Source: Dehalococcoidia bacterium (GTDB taxonomy: Bacteria > Chloroflexota > Dehalococcoidia > Bin125). From it: 64,000 nucleotides of DNA. The DNA lies in assembly GCA_963663895.2 (NCBI GenBank), contig CAXXRD010000002.1, positions 448,001 to 512,000 on the forward strand, in the 5' to 3' direction. Below the pieces are notes generated by a model, which saw only the letters and a list, made by a program, of their open reading frames with translations, was not told where the DNA came from and did not search any database. Of the stretch, positions 10,030-19,568 are shown one piece after another (position 1 is the stretch's first letter; each line of letters opens with the position of its first letter). The position numbers and the translations under genes were made by a program.

Positions 10030-10242
10030 ATGGATACGCGCGCCGTGATTCGGGCGAAGCTCGCCGAGTTCGATCTCGACGTCAGCGAGGAGGACTTGGA
10101 CGAGCTGGTGCCGGCGTACGAGAACTTGCTCCGCCAGCAGAAGATGGTGGAGGCGATGCTGGAGAGCAGGCCGTTGACGGAAGGCATGGAGATGCCCCTG
10201 AGTGAGCCCATCTTGGTGCACAACATCGCGAGGTACCGGTAG
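10030..10242 (+). CDS. Small acidic helical protein, GatC/AtzG-like amidase partner
   Basis: 70 aa MDTRAVIRAKLAEFDLDVSEEDLDELVPAY...SEPILV; GGAGG RBS; ends 2 nt before the amidase start. Confidence 0.65.
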   Translation: MDTRAVIRAKLAEFDLDVSEEDLDELVPAYENLLRQQKMVEAMLESRPLTEGMEMPLSEPILVHNIARYR

Positions 10243-10244
10243 TC

Positions 10245-11651
10245 ATGGCGATGAACCCGAAGGAACTGGCGCACGCGGAGATCGCAGAGATCGCGCCGCT
10301 GATCAAGAGCAAGGAGATCTCGCCGGTCGAGCTGGTCGATCTGAGCTTGTCGCGGATCGCGGAGCTGGACTCGACGATCAACGCGTTTATTCACGTGTTC
10401 GAGGACGAGGCGCGGGCCACGGCGCGGGCGCAGGAGCAGGAGATCGCAAGCGGGGCCTACCGCGGCCCGCTGCACGGTATCCCGATCGGGATCAAGGACA
10501 TCTACGAGAACGGCCCGACGACATGCGGATCAAAAACGCTGGACGGGTACGTGGCGGGGGAAGATTGCTTCTCGGTGAAGAAGCTCAAGGAGGCGGGAGC
10601 GGTCGTCGTCGGGAAGACGGGAACGTACGAGTTCGCCTACGGACCGCCGACGCTGGAGACCCATTTTCCACCGACCCGGAACGGCTGGAACACGAATTTC
10701 GAGTGTGGTGGGTCGAGCAGCGGGACGGCGGGCGCGATCGCGGCGGGGCTGACCTACGCGGGGATGGGGTCGTGCACGGGCGGATCGATCCGGTGGCCGG
10801 CGCAGTGCTGCGGCCACGTCGGGCTGAAGCACACCTACGGACGGGTCAGCCGGCGAGGCGTGTACCCGCTCTCGCAGAGTCTGGACCACGTGGGCCCGTT
10901 GGCGCGGACGGTGCAGGACGCCGCCTACATGCTGCAGGGATGCGCAGGATTCGATCCGCTCGACCCGGGGTCGGCGGACGTCGCCGTGCCGGACTTTTCG
11001 GCCAAGATCGGCCGGGATATCAAGGGGATGCGGTTCGGGGTGATGCGCGACCTGTACGAAGACAGTGCGTCACCGACGGTGACCCGGGCGTTTGATGCGG
11101 CGCTGCGGCAGATCGAGCAGCTGGGCGGGCAGACGATCGACGTGCCGTGCATCTCGCTCGAGCAGTTGCTGGCGTTTGCCTTCCCGCTGATGTGGGCGGA
11201 CGCGGGCGCGATCCATGTGCGGAACTTACGGACGCGGGCGGCGGATTACGGCCGGCACACAAAGCTCTACCTGCTGTGGGGCTTGTGCATGAGCAACGCG
11301 GCCTACCAGGACGGGCTGCGGGTGCGGGCCCAAGTGCGGGACCAACTGCTGGATCACCTGACGAGCAAGGTGGATGTGCTGATCCTGCCGACGGTCGGGT
11401 TCCAGACGCCACGGGTGCTGGAGCAGACGCCGGGGCTGGAGTTCCTGCACGGGGAAGCGTTCCCGTTCTACACGCCGATCTTCAACCACACGGGGCTGCC
11501 GGCGATCCAGGTGCCGTGCGGGTTCGACGACGATCACATGCCGATCGGGCTGCAGATCGCGGGAAAGCCGTTCGACGAGCAGACGATCGTCCAGGCCGCC
11601 TACGCGTACGAGCAGGAGGCCGGCTGGTACAAGCAGCGCCCCGATATCTAA
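10245..11651 (+). CDS. Amidase signature family protein
   Basis: GPLHGIPIGIKD (Lys), GGSSSG (cis-Ser), GSCTGGSIRWPA (Ser), SLDHVGP, TGLPAI. Confidence 0.92.
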   Translation: MAMNPKELAHAEIAEIAPLIKSKEISPVELVDLSLSRIAELDSTINAFIHVFEDEARATARAQEQEIASGAYRGPLHGIPIGIKDIYENGPTTCGSKTLDGYVAGEDCFSVKKLKEAGAVVVGKTGTYEFAYGPPTLETHFPPTRNGWNTNFECGGSSSGTAGAIAAGLTYAGMGSCTGGSIRWPAQCCGHVGLKHTYGRVSRRGVYPLSQSLDHVGPLARTVQDAAYMLQGCAGFDPLDPGSADVAVPDFSAKIGRDIKGMRFGVMRDLYEDSASPTVTRAFDAALRQIEQLGGQTIDVPCISLEQLLAFAFPLMWADAGAIHVRNLRTRAADYGRHTKLYLLWGLCMSNAAYQDGLRVRAQVRDQLLDHLTSKVDVLILPTVGFQTPRVLEQTPGLEFLHGEAFPFYTPIFNHTGLPAIQVPCGFDDDHMPIGLQIAGKPFDEQTIVQAAYAYEQEAGWYKQRPDI

Positions 11652-11859
11652 CGGCGCGGGGAAGAACGTCGGAGCGACGCTCGATCGCCGTCATTCGCAG
11701 GAGCAACGAGCCGCCAAGGAGCGCGGTGCGGCGCTGATCCGGACGGCGAGGAGGGCATGTCTTGATCTGGGAGCGCCCTGTGGCGTCGATCGCGCGCGCG
11801 TCCGCGGGGGATGCGGTGGTCAGCGGAGCCGGGACGCTCCCCGGCGTCTCCGCTAGAGG

Positions 11860-12813
11860 CTAGCCCCCCTCGACCTCGGCGAAGCGCCGGCGCATGACGG
11901 GCACGAGTTCCGACATGTAGACGTCCAGAGCAGCCTCATCCCAAGGGGCACGCAGGGCAACGTTGACGCCCTGCGCGCCGGCATCAATGTATTGGGCGAC
12001 GCGATCGGCGATCTGGTCCGGAGTGCCGACGAGGGATCCGTCTTCAGCCCCATCGCCCCAGTCGGCCCGGAGCTGCTGGCGGATCGCGGAGACGCGGGCG
12101 GGATCGATGGTGAGGTTGAAGCGGAGATTGACGGTGCGCTTGATGGTGGCAGGGTCACGGCCCTCGGTGCGGCACCAGTCGTCGAGAACGCCGCAGAGGT
12201 GCCGGAAGCGCTCGGGAGCGATGTAGGGGACGTTCCAAGCATCGGCGAAACGGGCGGCGATACGGAGGGTGCGCTTCTCTCCCTCACCGCCGACCCAGAT
12301 CGGGAGCGGCGACTGGACGGGTGGGGGCTGGCAGGTGGCGTTGTACACGGAGTAGTGACGGCCCTCAAACGTCGTGTGGTCCTGGCGAAGCATGGAGCGG
12401 ACGATCTGGACGGTCTCTTCCAGGACGTTCATGCGCTGGCCGATGGGCGGGAAATCGTAGCCGTATGCCAGGTACTCGGGCTCATGCCAGCCAGCGCCGA
12501 AGCCGGCCTCCATCCGGCCGCCCGAGAGATGGTCGAGCGTGGCGAGGGCCTTGGCGAGAACGCCGGGGTTGCGATAGGCGGCGCAGAAAACGAGACAGCC
12601 GACGCGCACGTGATCCGTGTCGGCGGCGAGAGCGGCGAGGGTGGTGAGGGTTTCGAAGTGGTGGCCCATGCCGTCGCGCGGTGGGGCTTCATAGAAATGG
12701 TCCCAGATAGAGACCCAGTCGAGGCCCGCTTGATCGACGGAGCGCCAGAGGGCGCGCATTTGGTCCATCGTCATGTCTTGGGGCCCGATGTGAACGCCGA
12801 AGGAAGGTGGCAC
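11860..12813 (-). CDS. LLM class F420-dependent oxidoreductase
   Basis: WDHFY, YRNPGVLAK, DHLSGGR, GAGWHEPEY, IWVGGEGEKRTLRIAARFADAWN. Confidence 0.9.
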   Translation of the reverse strand: MPPSFGVHIGPQDMTMDQMRALWRSVDQAGLDWVSIWDHFYEAPPRDGMGHHFETLTTLAALAADTDHVRVGCLVFCAAYRNPGVLAKALATLDHLSGGRMEAGFGAGWHEPEYLAYGYDFPPIGQRMNVLEETVQIVRSMLRQDHTTFEGRHYSVYNATCQPPPVQSPLPIWVGGEGEKRTLRIAARFADAWNVPYIAPERFRHLCGVLDDWCRTEGRDPATIKRTVNLRFNLTIDPARVSAIRQQLRADWGDGAEDGSLVGTPDQIADRVAQYIDAGAQGVNVALRAPWDEAALDVYMSELVPVMRRRFAEVEGG

Positions 12814-13041
12814 GGGAGGCTCCGATCACGCGTGGGCTTTTGCGCAGCAGTCTAGTAGCCGGAAGGAGCGATCGTGCTCGGGCAGACCGCCGTACAGGGT
12901 GGCAGGAGGAAGCCGGCGCGATGATCCCGGCCGGCCGGCTTGGAACCGGGGCGCTCCCAGCGCAAGCAGGACTTCCCGTCACCAAGCGAGGGGAGGGTTG
13001 CCGCAGCCCTTGACGTCGTCGCGGGTGGAGCCCGCCCGGGG

Positions 13042-14253
13042 TTAGTACGCCGCTTCGAGAAGGCCGTTGATATCGGCGGCGGTGACGGGGCGGGGGTTGG
13101 TGGCGACGACGAAGTCGACCAGGGCATCGGAGACGATGCCCGGAAAGTCCTCCTTGGTCACATTGACCTCGGAAAGCCGGGTGGGAACGCCCAGGTCCTT
13201 GATGAAGCGGCGGAGCTCGCTGATGAAGGCGCGGGCGGCTTCCTCTTCGGAGAGATCACGGCGATCGATCTGGAAGGCGTCGGCGAGGCTGGCCTGCCTG
13301 GCCTTGCTGACGGGAAAGTTGAAATCCATCACGTGGGGGAGCATGAGGCAGGATGTCACGCCGTGGGGAACGTCGCGCCGGGCGCCGAGTTGATGCCCGA
13401 TCCCGTGGCTGAGGCCCAGGTTGACGTTGGGAAGGCCGAAGATGCTCATCCACGCGGCGATCTGACAGCGGCCGCGGGCGGCGACGGCTTCGCGGTCATT
13501 GGCGGAGGCCGGAAGGTCGCGGACAAGGATCTCGAGCGCGGCCTTGGTGAGGCCGTCGACGAAGGGCATGTTGTTGACGGCAAGGTAGCTCTCGATGCAG
13601 TGATCGACGGCCCGGATCCCGGTAGAAGCCCAGAGCCACTCGGGGGTGTGGACGGAAAGGACCGGGTCGAGGTAGCTGGCGACGGGACAGAGGGCCGTGT
13701 CGCCGTAGGCTTCCTTGACTTGACGGTCGCTGTCGGTGATGCCGAGGAAACCGTTGAACTCTCCGGCGGAGAGGGTGGTGGAGATGGTGATGTGCTTGGG
13801 AGCGTTCTTATTCTTCAGCTCGCGGATCTCTACTTTATCGGGGTACTCGAAGAGGATTTTGTAGTCATCGAACGTGCCGGGGTCGGTGATATCGTCGGCG
13901 AGGCACATGGCGATGCCCTTGGCGCAGTCGATGGGACTGCCGCCGCCGACGGAGACAAGGAAGTCGGCACCGGCGGCGCGGGCGGCGGCGGCGGCGGCGA
14001 TCTGCTCCTCGCGATGGTTGTGCTGGCTCACGTTGTGGAAGATCCCGACGGCTTTATCCCCCAAGAGCCCTTGGATGCGGTCGACGACGTTGGTCTGGGT
14101 AGCGAGGGTATTGCTGGCGACGATGAAGACCTTGGTGCCGCCAGCGGCCTCCACATCGGCCGGGAGTGCGTCGATGCAGTTGGGTCCGAAGCGCACACGC
14201 TCCATCTTCGTGATCTCAAAGACGCCGCTGTAAGGTTGTCCGGTGTCAACCAT
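13042..14253 (-). CDS. Iron-containing alcohol dehydrogenase family protein
   Basis: GGGSPIDCAK, TTLSAGE, AVDHCIE, HGIGHQLG...VPHG metal ligands. Confidence 0.9.
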   Translation of the reverse strand: MVDTGQPYSGVFEITKMERVRFGPNCIDALPADVEAAGGTKVFIVASNTLATQTNVVDRIQGLLGDKAVGIFHNVSQHNHREEQIAAAAAARAAGADFLVSVGGGSPIDCAKGIAMCLADDITDPGTFDDYKILFEYPDKVEIRELKNKNAPKHITISTTLSAGEFNGFLGITDSDRQVKEAYGDTALCPVASYLDPVLSVHTPEWLWASTGIRAVDHCIESYLAVNNMPFVDGLTKAALEILVRDLPASANDREAVAARGRCQIAAWMSIFGLPNVNLGLSHGIGHQLGARRDVPHGVTSCLMLPHVMDFNFPVSKARQASLADAFQIDRRDLSEEEAARAFISELRRFIKDLGVPTRLSEVNVTKEDFPGIVSDALVDFVVATNPRPVTAADINGLLEAAY

Positions 14254-14380
14254 TCAAGTACCCCTCCCGCTTCGTTGATCAGTGGGGCTCGGCTGCAATA
14301 GCGCCGTACGGCTGCGCCGAGCGATCAGCCGCGTACTCCTCCCATTAGCGCGTCTCCGCGCGGACACTCTGGGGACGCTC

Positions 14381-15559
14381 TTAGGCGAGGTGATACACGC
14401 GTGCGGCCGTGCCGTGAAGGATCTTTTGGAGCAGGCCCTCAGGGAGGCCGCTGAGGCGCCGCTCGATGTACTCGTTCGGATACTCGGCAACGGAGGCGGG
14501 GCCGGGGGACATGCTGGTGGGATGCGGGAAATCCGTCTCGTACATGATGTTGTCGGGGAAGACTTCGAGGGCCTGCATGGCCGTCTGCTCCTCGAACCAG
14601 AAGCAGGCGTAGATCTGCCGTTTGAAGTACTCGCTGGGGAGGAGGTCGAAGTCGGGATGGTCTTGGGAGCCGCCGTTGTTCTTCCACTGCCAATCGAGCG
14701 CCTCAATGAAGAAGGGGACCCAGCCGACGCCGCTCTCAACGGAGACGAAGTTGAGCTTGGGGAAGCGATGGGCGATGCCGCTGACGATCACTTCACTGAT
14801 GGCGAAGCCGTTGTCCAAGAAGTAGAGACAGGAGCTGGAGATGACGCGGGAACGGTTGCGGTGGCCCGGCCAAACGACAGGCTCCTCTTCGTTGCCGGAG
14901 GCGATGTGGAAATTGATGGAGAGGTCCGCGTCCTGGGCGGCGGCCCAGACGGGGTCCCAGTGGGGATCGCCGAGCCAGGGGAGGCCGTAGGTTTCCGGAT
15001 GGCAGCCGAAGAGCACCCCCTTGAAGCCCAGTTGGGCGCCGCGTTGAATCTCGGCAACGGACTCGTCGACATCCCAGAAGGGGAGACAGAGGATGGGCAG
15101 CAGACGGCGCGTGTCTTCCCGGCACCACTCGACGAGGAAGTCGTTGTAGGCGCGGCAGGCTTGCAGCATGAGTTCGCGGTCTTCCAGGAAGAAGAAGCCG
15201 CCCGCGCCGAAGCCGCAGACGTTCGGGTAGAGGACCTGCGCGTAGAGTCCGACCTCATCCATGAGCTTGAGGCGGTCGGGGGCGCGGTAGGAAGCGGGGT
15301 CGGCGTCGGCGAGTGTGGGCGGATGGGAGGGAAAGGGGCTGTCGTGGCCGGCGTAGGCGAGCAGGGCGGTGGGCATGACCTGCTTGCCGTTCCAGATCCA
15401 GACATCGTCGTGCTGGCCGTGGCGCTCGCCACGGGGGTCCTTGATGACGCGGGGGATCATGTCACCCCACTTGGCGGGCAGGCGCGCAGTCCAAAGATTC
15501 TCGGGCTCGGAGATGTGGGTGTCGACATCGATTACGCGGATGCGGTCCACGACGGTCAT
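14381..15559 (-). CDS. Amidohydrolase_2 family metallohydrolase
   Basis: IDVDTH, AYNDFL, FHI, VESGVGWVPF, PSEYFKRQ, ETDFPH. Confidence 0.9.
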   Translation of the reverse strand: MTVVDRIRVIDVDTHISEPENLWTARLPAKWGDMIPRVIKDPRGERHGQHDDVWIWNGKQVMPTALLAYAGHDSPFPSHPPTLADADPASYRAPDRLKLMDEVGLYAQVLYPNVCGFGAGGFFFLEDRELMLQACRAYNDFLVEWCREDTRRLLPILCLPFWDVDESVAEIQRGAQLGFKGVLFGCHPETYGLPWLGDPHWDPVWAAAQDADLSINFHIASGNEEEPVVWPGHRNRSRVISSSCLYFLDNGFAISEVIVSGIAHRFPKLNFVSVESGVGWVPFFIEALDWQWKNNGGSQDHPDFDLLPSEYFKRQIYACFWFEEQTAMQALEVFPDNIMYETDFPHPTSMSPGPASVAEYPNEYIERRLSGLPEGLLQKILHGTAARVYHLA

Positions 15560-15706
15560 GGCAGATCCTTCCGAGGAGGGCGACGGTGCGCCAGTGACTC
15601 TACGGCCCCGACGATAGCGCTCCGCTCAGCGGGGCAGCAACTCGCGAGGAGGACTCGGCCTGGAGCGTAGAGGCTAGTATGGCCGCGCGAAAGGGTGGGA
15701 GGACCA

Positions 15707-17140
15707 GTGCTTGACCTGATCGTCCGCGGCGGGGAAGTCGTGAGGCCGGAAGGAGCCGGCCGGTTCGACCTGGGGGTGCGGGAGGGACGGATCGCAGTCG
15801 TGGCAGCCGCAGGGGCGCTGGAGGCGGAGGCAGCGCGAGAGGTCGATGCGCGCGGGCTCGTCGTCTTGCCGGGCGGGATCGAGCCGCACGCGCATCTCGG
15901 CGAGATCGTGCCGGCAGCGTGGGCGGGGGCACGGGATGTGTACACCCAAGGGCCGCGGGCGGCGAGCCGGGCGGCGTTGTTCGGGGGAACGACAACGATC
16001 ATTGACTTCGCGACGGCGCCCGGTCGATCGGAAGGCTTGCCGCCGACGACGATCAACGAGGATGTGGATCGACGCCGGACGGCGTTCGCGGGGCAGTGCT
16101 ACACGGACTACGCCTTCCACTACGTGCTGCGGGGGGAAGTGGGGGCAGAGCGATTGTCACAGGTGGCGGAGGCCGTGGCGCAGGGAAACGCGAGCTTCAA
16201 GGTGTTTATGACCTTCCCCCGGCTGCGGGTGCCGGACGGATCTCTCGCAGCGGCATTCGAGGCGGTGGGACGGGCGGGCGGGATGATGGTGGTGCATGGC
16301 GAGAACGATGAAGTGGTTCGGGCGATGACGGAGCGGCTGAAGCGGGAGGGCCGGGATCAGGCGTCGAACTTGCACCTAGTGCACAACAACCTGTCGGAGG
16401 CGCTGGCCTTTCAGACGGCGACGCGGATCGCGTCACATCACGGAGCCGGCATGTACTTCGTGCATACGACGGCGCGGGAGGGAGTGGAGATAATCGCCGA
16501 GGCACGGGCGGCGGGGCAGCCCGTATACGGGGAAGCGCTGCACAACTACCTGGAGTTCACGGCGGCTGACTATGTGAAACCGGAGGGGATGCTGGTGCAT
16601 ACCTATCCGGCGCTCAAAGGGGAAGCCGACCGGGAAGCGCTGGTCGAGGGACTGCTGGACGGGCGACTCTCCACGGTGGGTACCGACGAGTACACGACAT
16701 CGCGGCAGGTGAAGCTTCACGGGACGACGATTGAGACGGCGGCAGGAGGGCACAACGGGATCGAGACGCGGCTGGCGGTGGCGTGGACGAAGTTCGTGGT
16801 GGAGCGGGGGATGTCGCTGGAGTGGTTCGCGGGGATCGTCTCGAGCAACGCGGCGCGCATTCTGGGGCTCTATCCGCGGAAAGGGGCGATCGCCGTGGGG
16901 TCGGACGCGGACCTGGTGCTGATGGACCCGTCGCTGCAGCGGACGATCACGGTCGCGGGACTGCACGCGGAGACGGATTACAGCATCTGGGATGGGTTCG
17001 CCTGCAACGGCTATCCGGTGATGACCATCTTGCGCGGCAAGGTCGTGGTGGAGAACGGAACGTTGCACGGCGATCCGTCGGACGGGGAATGGCTCGGACG
17101 GAAAGTCGCCCCGGAGATCCTGGCGGGCCCGGCGGTCTAA
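15707..17140 (+). CDS. Dihydropyrimidinase/hydantoinase-like cyclic amidohydrolase
   Basis: PGGIEPHAH, GGTTTIIDF, SFKVF, VHGEN, GLYPRKGAIAVGSDADLV. GTG start after GGAGG. Confidence 0.87.
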   Translation: MLDLIVRGGEVVRPEGAGRFDLGVREGRIAVVAAAGALEAEAAREVDARGLVVLPGGIEPHAHLGEIVPAAWAGARDVYTQGPRAASRAALFGGTTTIIDFATAPGRSEGLPPTTINEDVDRRRTAFAGQCYTDYAFHYVLRGEVGAERLSQVAEAVAQGNASFKVFMTFPRLRVPDGSLAAAFEAVGRAGGMMVVHGENDEVVRAMTERLKREGRDQASNLHLVHNNLSEALAFQTATRIASHHGAGMYFVHTTAREGVEIIAEARAAGQPVYGEALHNYLEFTAADYVKPEGMLVHTYPALKGEADREALVEGLLDGRLSTVGTDEYTTSRQVKLHGTTIETAAGGHNGIETRLAVAWTKFVVERGMSLEWFAGIVSSNAARILGLYPRKGAIAVGSDADLVLMDPSLQRTITVAGLHAETDYSIWDGFACNGYPVMTILRGKVVVENGTLHGDPSDGEWLGRKVAPEILAGPAV

Positions 17141-17155
17141 GAAGCGAGGAGCCGT

Positions 17156-18016
17156 ATGCCTGAGCAGCAGGAGAGTACGGGCAAGCGCTGGACCGACAGG
17201 CTGGGACGGACGATCGCGCCACCCGTCGAGGAGCGGGAGTGGCGCGAGGTGAGCTGGGAAGTGTCGGAGCTCGGGGTCCTGGCGATCACAATGCGACGGC
17301 CCGCGCGGCTGAACGCGATCACGTTCACGATGCTGCGGGAGATCGAGGAGCTGGTCTGGGACGCGGCGCGCAAGCCGGCGATCCGGGTGATCACGATCCG
17401 GGGAGAAGGAACGCGAGCGTTTTCCAGCGGGGACGATCTGACGGATATGGAGCCCGCGGTGCGCTTCGATAGCCCGCACTCGACGCACCACAAGCTGATC
17501 CCGGCGCTGCGGGCGGCGCCTCAGCCGGTGGTAGCGCTGCTGTACGGCTACGCATTGGGGGCGGGATTCGAGCTGGCGCTGGCTTGCGACTTCCGGCTGG
17601 CGGCGGACAATCTGAAGATCGGCGATTACCGGGCGCGACGGGCGCTGGGCTCGATCGCGGGGGCGTCGTGGTTCTTGCCGCGGATCGTGGGGCAGGGGCG
17701 CGCCTTGGATCTGCTGCTCACGGGACGGCATCTCTCCGCGCAGGAAGCGCTGGAATGGGGACTCGTGACGCGAACCTGGCCGCTGGCGACGTTCGCACGG
17801 GAAGCAGCGAGCTTCGTGGAGACCTTGGCGCAGCTCCCGACGGGGGCACTAGGAGCGCACAAACAGGCCCTAGAGTATTCGATGGTGCATGGGCTGCGGG
17901 ATTCGCTCAGTAACGAGTTCGAAACGTTCGCGCAGTACTACAACGAGGCCGAAGACGTGTTGGAGGGGCGGGCATCGTTTCATGAGCGGCGGGACCCGGT
18001 GTACCGGGGCCGTTGA
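17156..18016 (+). CDS. Enoyl-CoA hydratase/isomerase family protein
   Basis: RPARLNAI, AFSSGDD, GYALGAGFELALACDFR, EGRASFHERRDP. Confidence 0.9.
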   Translation: MPEQQESTGKRWTDRLGRTIAPPVEEREWREVSWEVSELGVLAITMRRPARLNAITFTMLREIEELVWDAARKPAIRVITIRGEGTRAFSSGDDLTDMEPAVRFDSPHSTHHKLIPALRAAPQPVVALLYGYALGAGFELALACDFRLAADNLKIGDYRARRALGSIAGASWFLPRIVGQGRALDLLLTGRHLSAQEALEWGLVTRTWPLATFAREAASFVETLAQLPTGALGAHKQALEYSMVHGLRDSLSNEFETFAQYYNEAEDVLEGRASFHERRDPVYRGR

Positions 18017-18029
18017 GAGGAGCAGCGTA

Positions 18030-18530
18030 ATGACGGATCTCGAGGCACGGGTGCAGCGGCTCGAAGATATCGCAGCGATCCAGCAGTTGAAGCTCACCTA
18101 CGCGGACTGCATCAGCGCAGGCCTGTCGGGCGGGGCGGAGTTTCCGCGGGAGCGGTTCAAGAACCTGTTCCTGCCGGACGCGATCTGGGAGGCGAACCAC
18201 TACGGCCAGATCGAGGGGAACGACGCGATCGCGGACTTCTACGCGAAGGTGGGGCCCAAGGTGTCGTTCGTTCTGCAATACCAGATCGGGCACACGGTGG
18301 AGGTGGCGCCGTCCGGAACGGAGGCGACCGGGCAGTGCTACGTGTGGGAGCCGTCGTCGATGGCGGGACGGGCGATCTTCAGCGCGGGCACCTACGAGGA
18401 GCGCTACAGGAAGGTGAGCGGCCAGTGGCTGTTCGAGCGGGTGTCGGTCTACATCTATTTCATGACGCCGTATGAAGACGGCTGGGTGAAGAAGCCCTGG
18501 ATGACGCGGGCGGACTTCCAACAGCACTAG
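18030..18530 (+). CDS. SnoaL_4/NTF2-like protein
   Basis: LEARVQRLEDIAAIQQLKLTY, LFLPDAIW, YEERYRKVSGQWLF; GAGGAG RBS. Confidence 0.85.
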   Translation: MTDLEARVQRLEDIAAIQQLKLTYADCISAGLSGGAEFPRERFKNLFLPDAIWEANHYGQIEGNDAIADFYAKVGPKVSFVLQYQIGHTVEVAPSGTEATGQCYVWEPSSMAGRAIFSAGTYEERYRKVSGQWLFERVSVYIYFMTPYEDGWVKKPWMTRADFQQH

Positions 18531-18731
18531 GAGCGGGGAGCAGGCCGACGGCTGGCGTACCGCTGGCGGTACCGGTCGAGTGCTAGCCGTAAGCGCGCGA
18601 CGGACGGTCGCACTCGCTTCGGGTAGGACGCCGCATGCGCGCGTCTCGGCATGAAGCGCCTGCGCCCACAATTTCGAGAACCCGTGAGAGCGTCCGGCAT
18701 GCGATGGCTATTATTGAGGCCGGGAGGGCCG

Positions 18732-19340
18732 ATGACAAAGCAACTATGGACGCTGGATGAGTTCTGCTTGGATCTTCCCAATTGGTACGAGGTATCCAAC
18801 CACAACGAGTATTCGAAGGGGTGGAGGAAACTGCTCGCCTGCCTTCCCGCGAAGGCGGATGAGCTAGGCTACTTCGACATGCGGGACCTCTGCACCATTG
18901 CTGTCTGGGGCGGCAACCTGCACGGCGTCAAGCGGCGGATGCAGGCCAACAACACGCCGGAACAGGTGAAACGGGCTACAGCGCAGGCGTTCAGGCAACT
19001 CGATGAACCCTGCGGTGCGATGTGGGCAATCGCCGCCGTGAACCACTGGGGAGTCTCGTACGGGTCGAAGACGCTCACATTTATGCGCCCGTCGGACTAC
19101 GCCATCCTCGACAGTTGGATTCGGAGAGCACTGGTACACGTCATCCCGACGATCACCGACGGCAGCCCGAACTCGGTAGTGAAGGGCTATGTGAGCTATC
19201 TCGACTGCTGCCGGGTGCTGCAACGCAACGTCACGGCTCCGCCGCCGGTCGCCACGACGAACGGACGATGGCGCATCGCCGACATCGGGCAGGGCCTGTT
19301 TGAATTCGCCAGGAGTGGAGGAATCCTAACTCCACAGTAA
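18732..19340 (+). CDS. Putative HhH / OGG-like DNA glycosylase
   Basis: IAVWGG, WGVSYGSKTLTF (HhH-like Lys), YAILDSWIRRAL, YVSYL. Pattern recognition only; less GC-rich than its neighbours. Confidence 0.55.
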   Translation: MTKQLWTLDEFCLDLPNWYEVSNHNEYSKGWRKLLACLPAKADELGYFDMRDLCTIAVWGGNLHGVKRRMQANNTPEQVKRATAQAFRQLDEPCGAMWAIAAVNHWGVSYGSKTLTFMRPSDYAILDSWIRRALVHVIPTITDGSPNSVVKGYVSYLDCCRVLQRNVTAPPPVATTNGRWRIADIGQGLFEFARSGGILTPQ

Positions 19341-19568
19341 CGCACTCAGGCGCTGGCGAGCGCCCAGCCCAAGGTACCAAGCGCCGCTCGGCCCTCCTCG
19401 ATACCGAACCCGCTTCGCGCATGGAGTCGATTTTCACGTAACCAGCGCGCTGGCTATAGGACGCTAGCTTAACAGCAAGCTAGGACGCGAGGAGCGCGCC
19501 TCTTCATCCGCCACGACCGCTGTCCTGCCAGTTCTCAATTCCGTGCTCGCATCCAGTGAGCACGCGCC

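Noticed and set aside
10245-11651. gatCA of the Glu-tRNA amidotransferase
   Set aside because: No gatB follows, the signature motif is altered, and several catabolic amidase paralogs are present.
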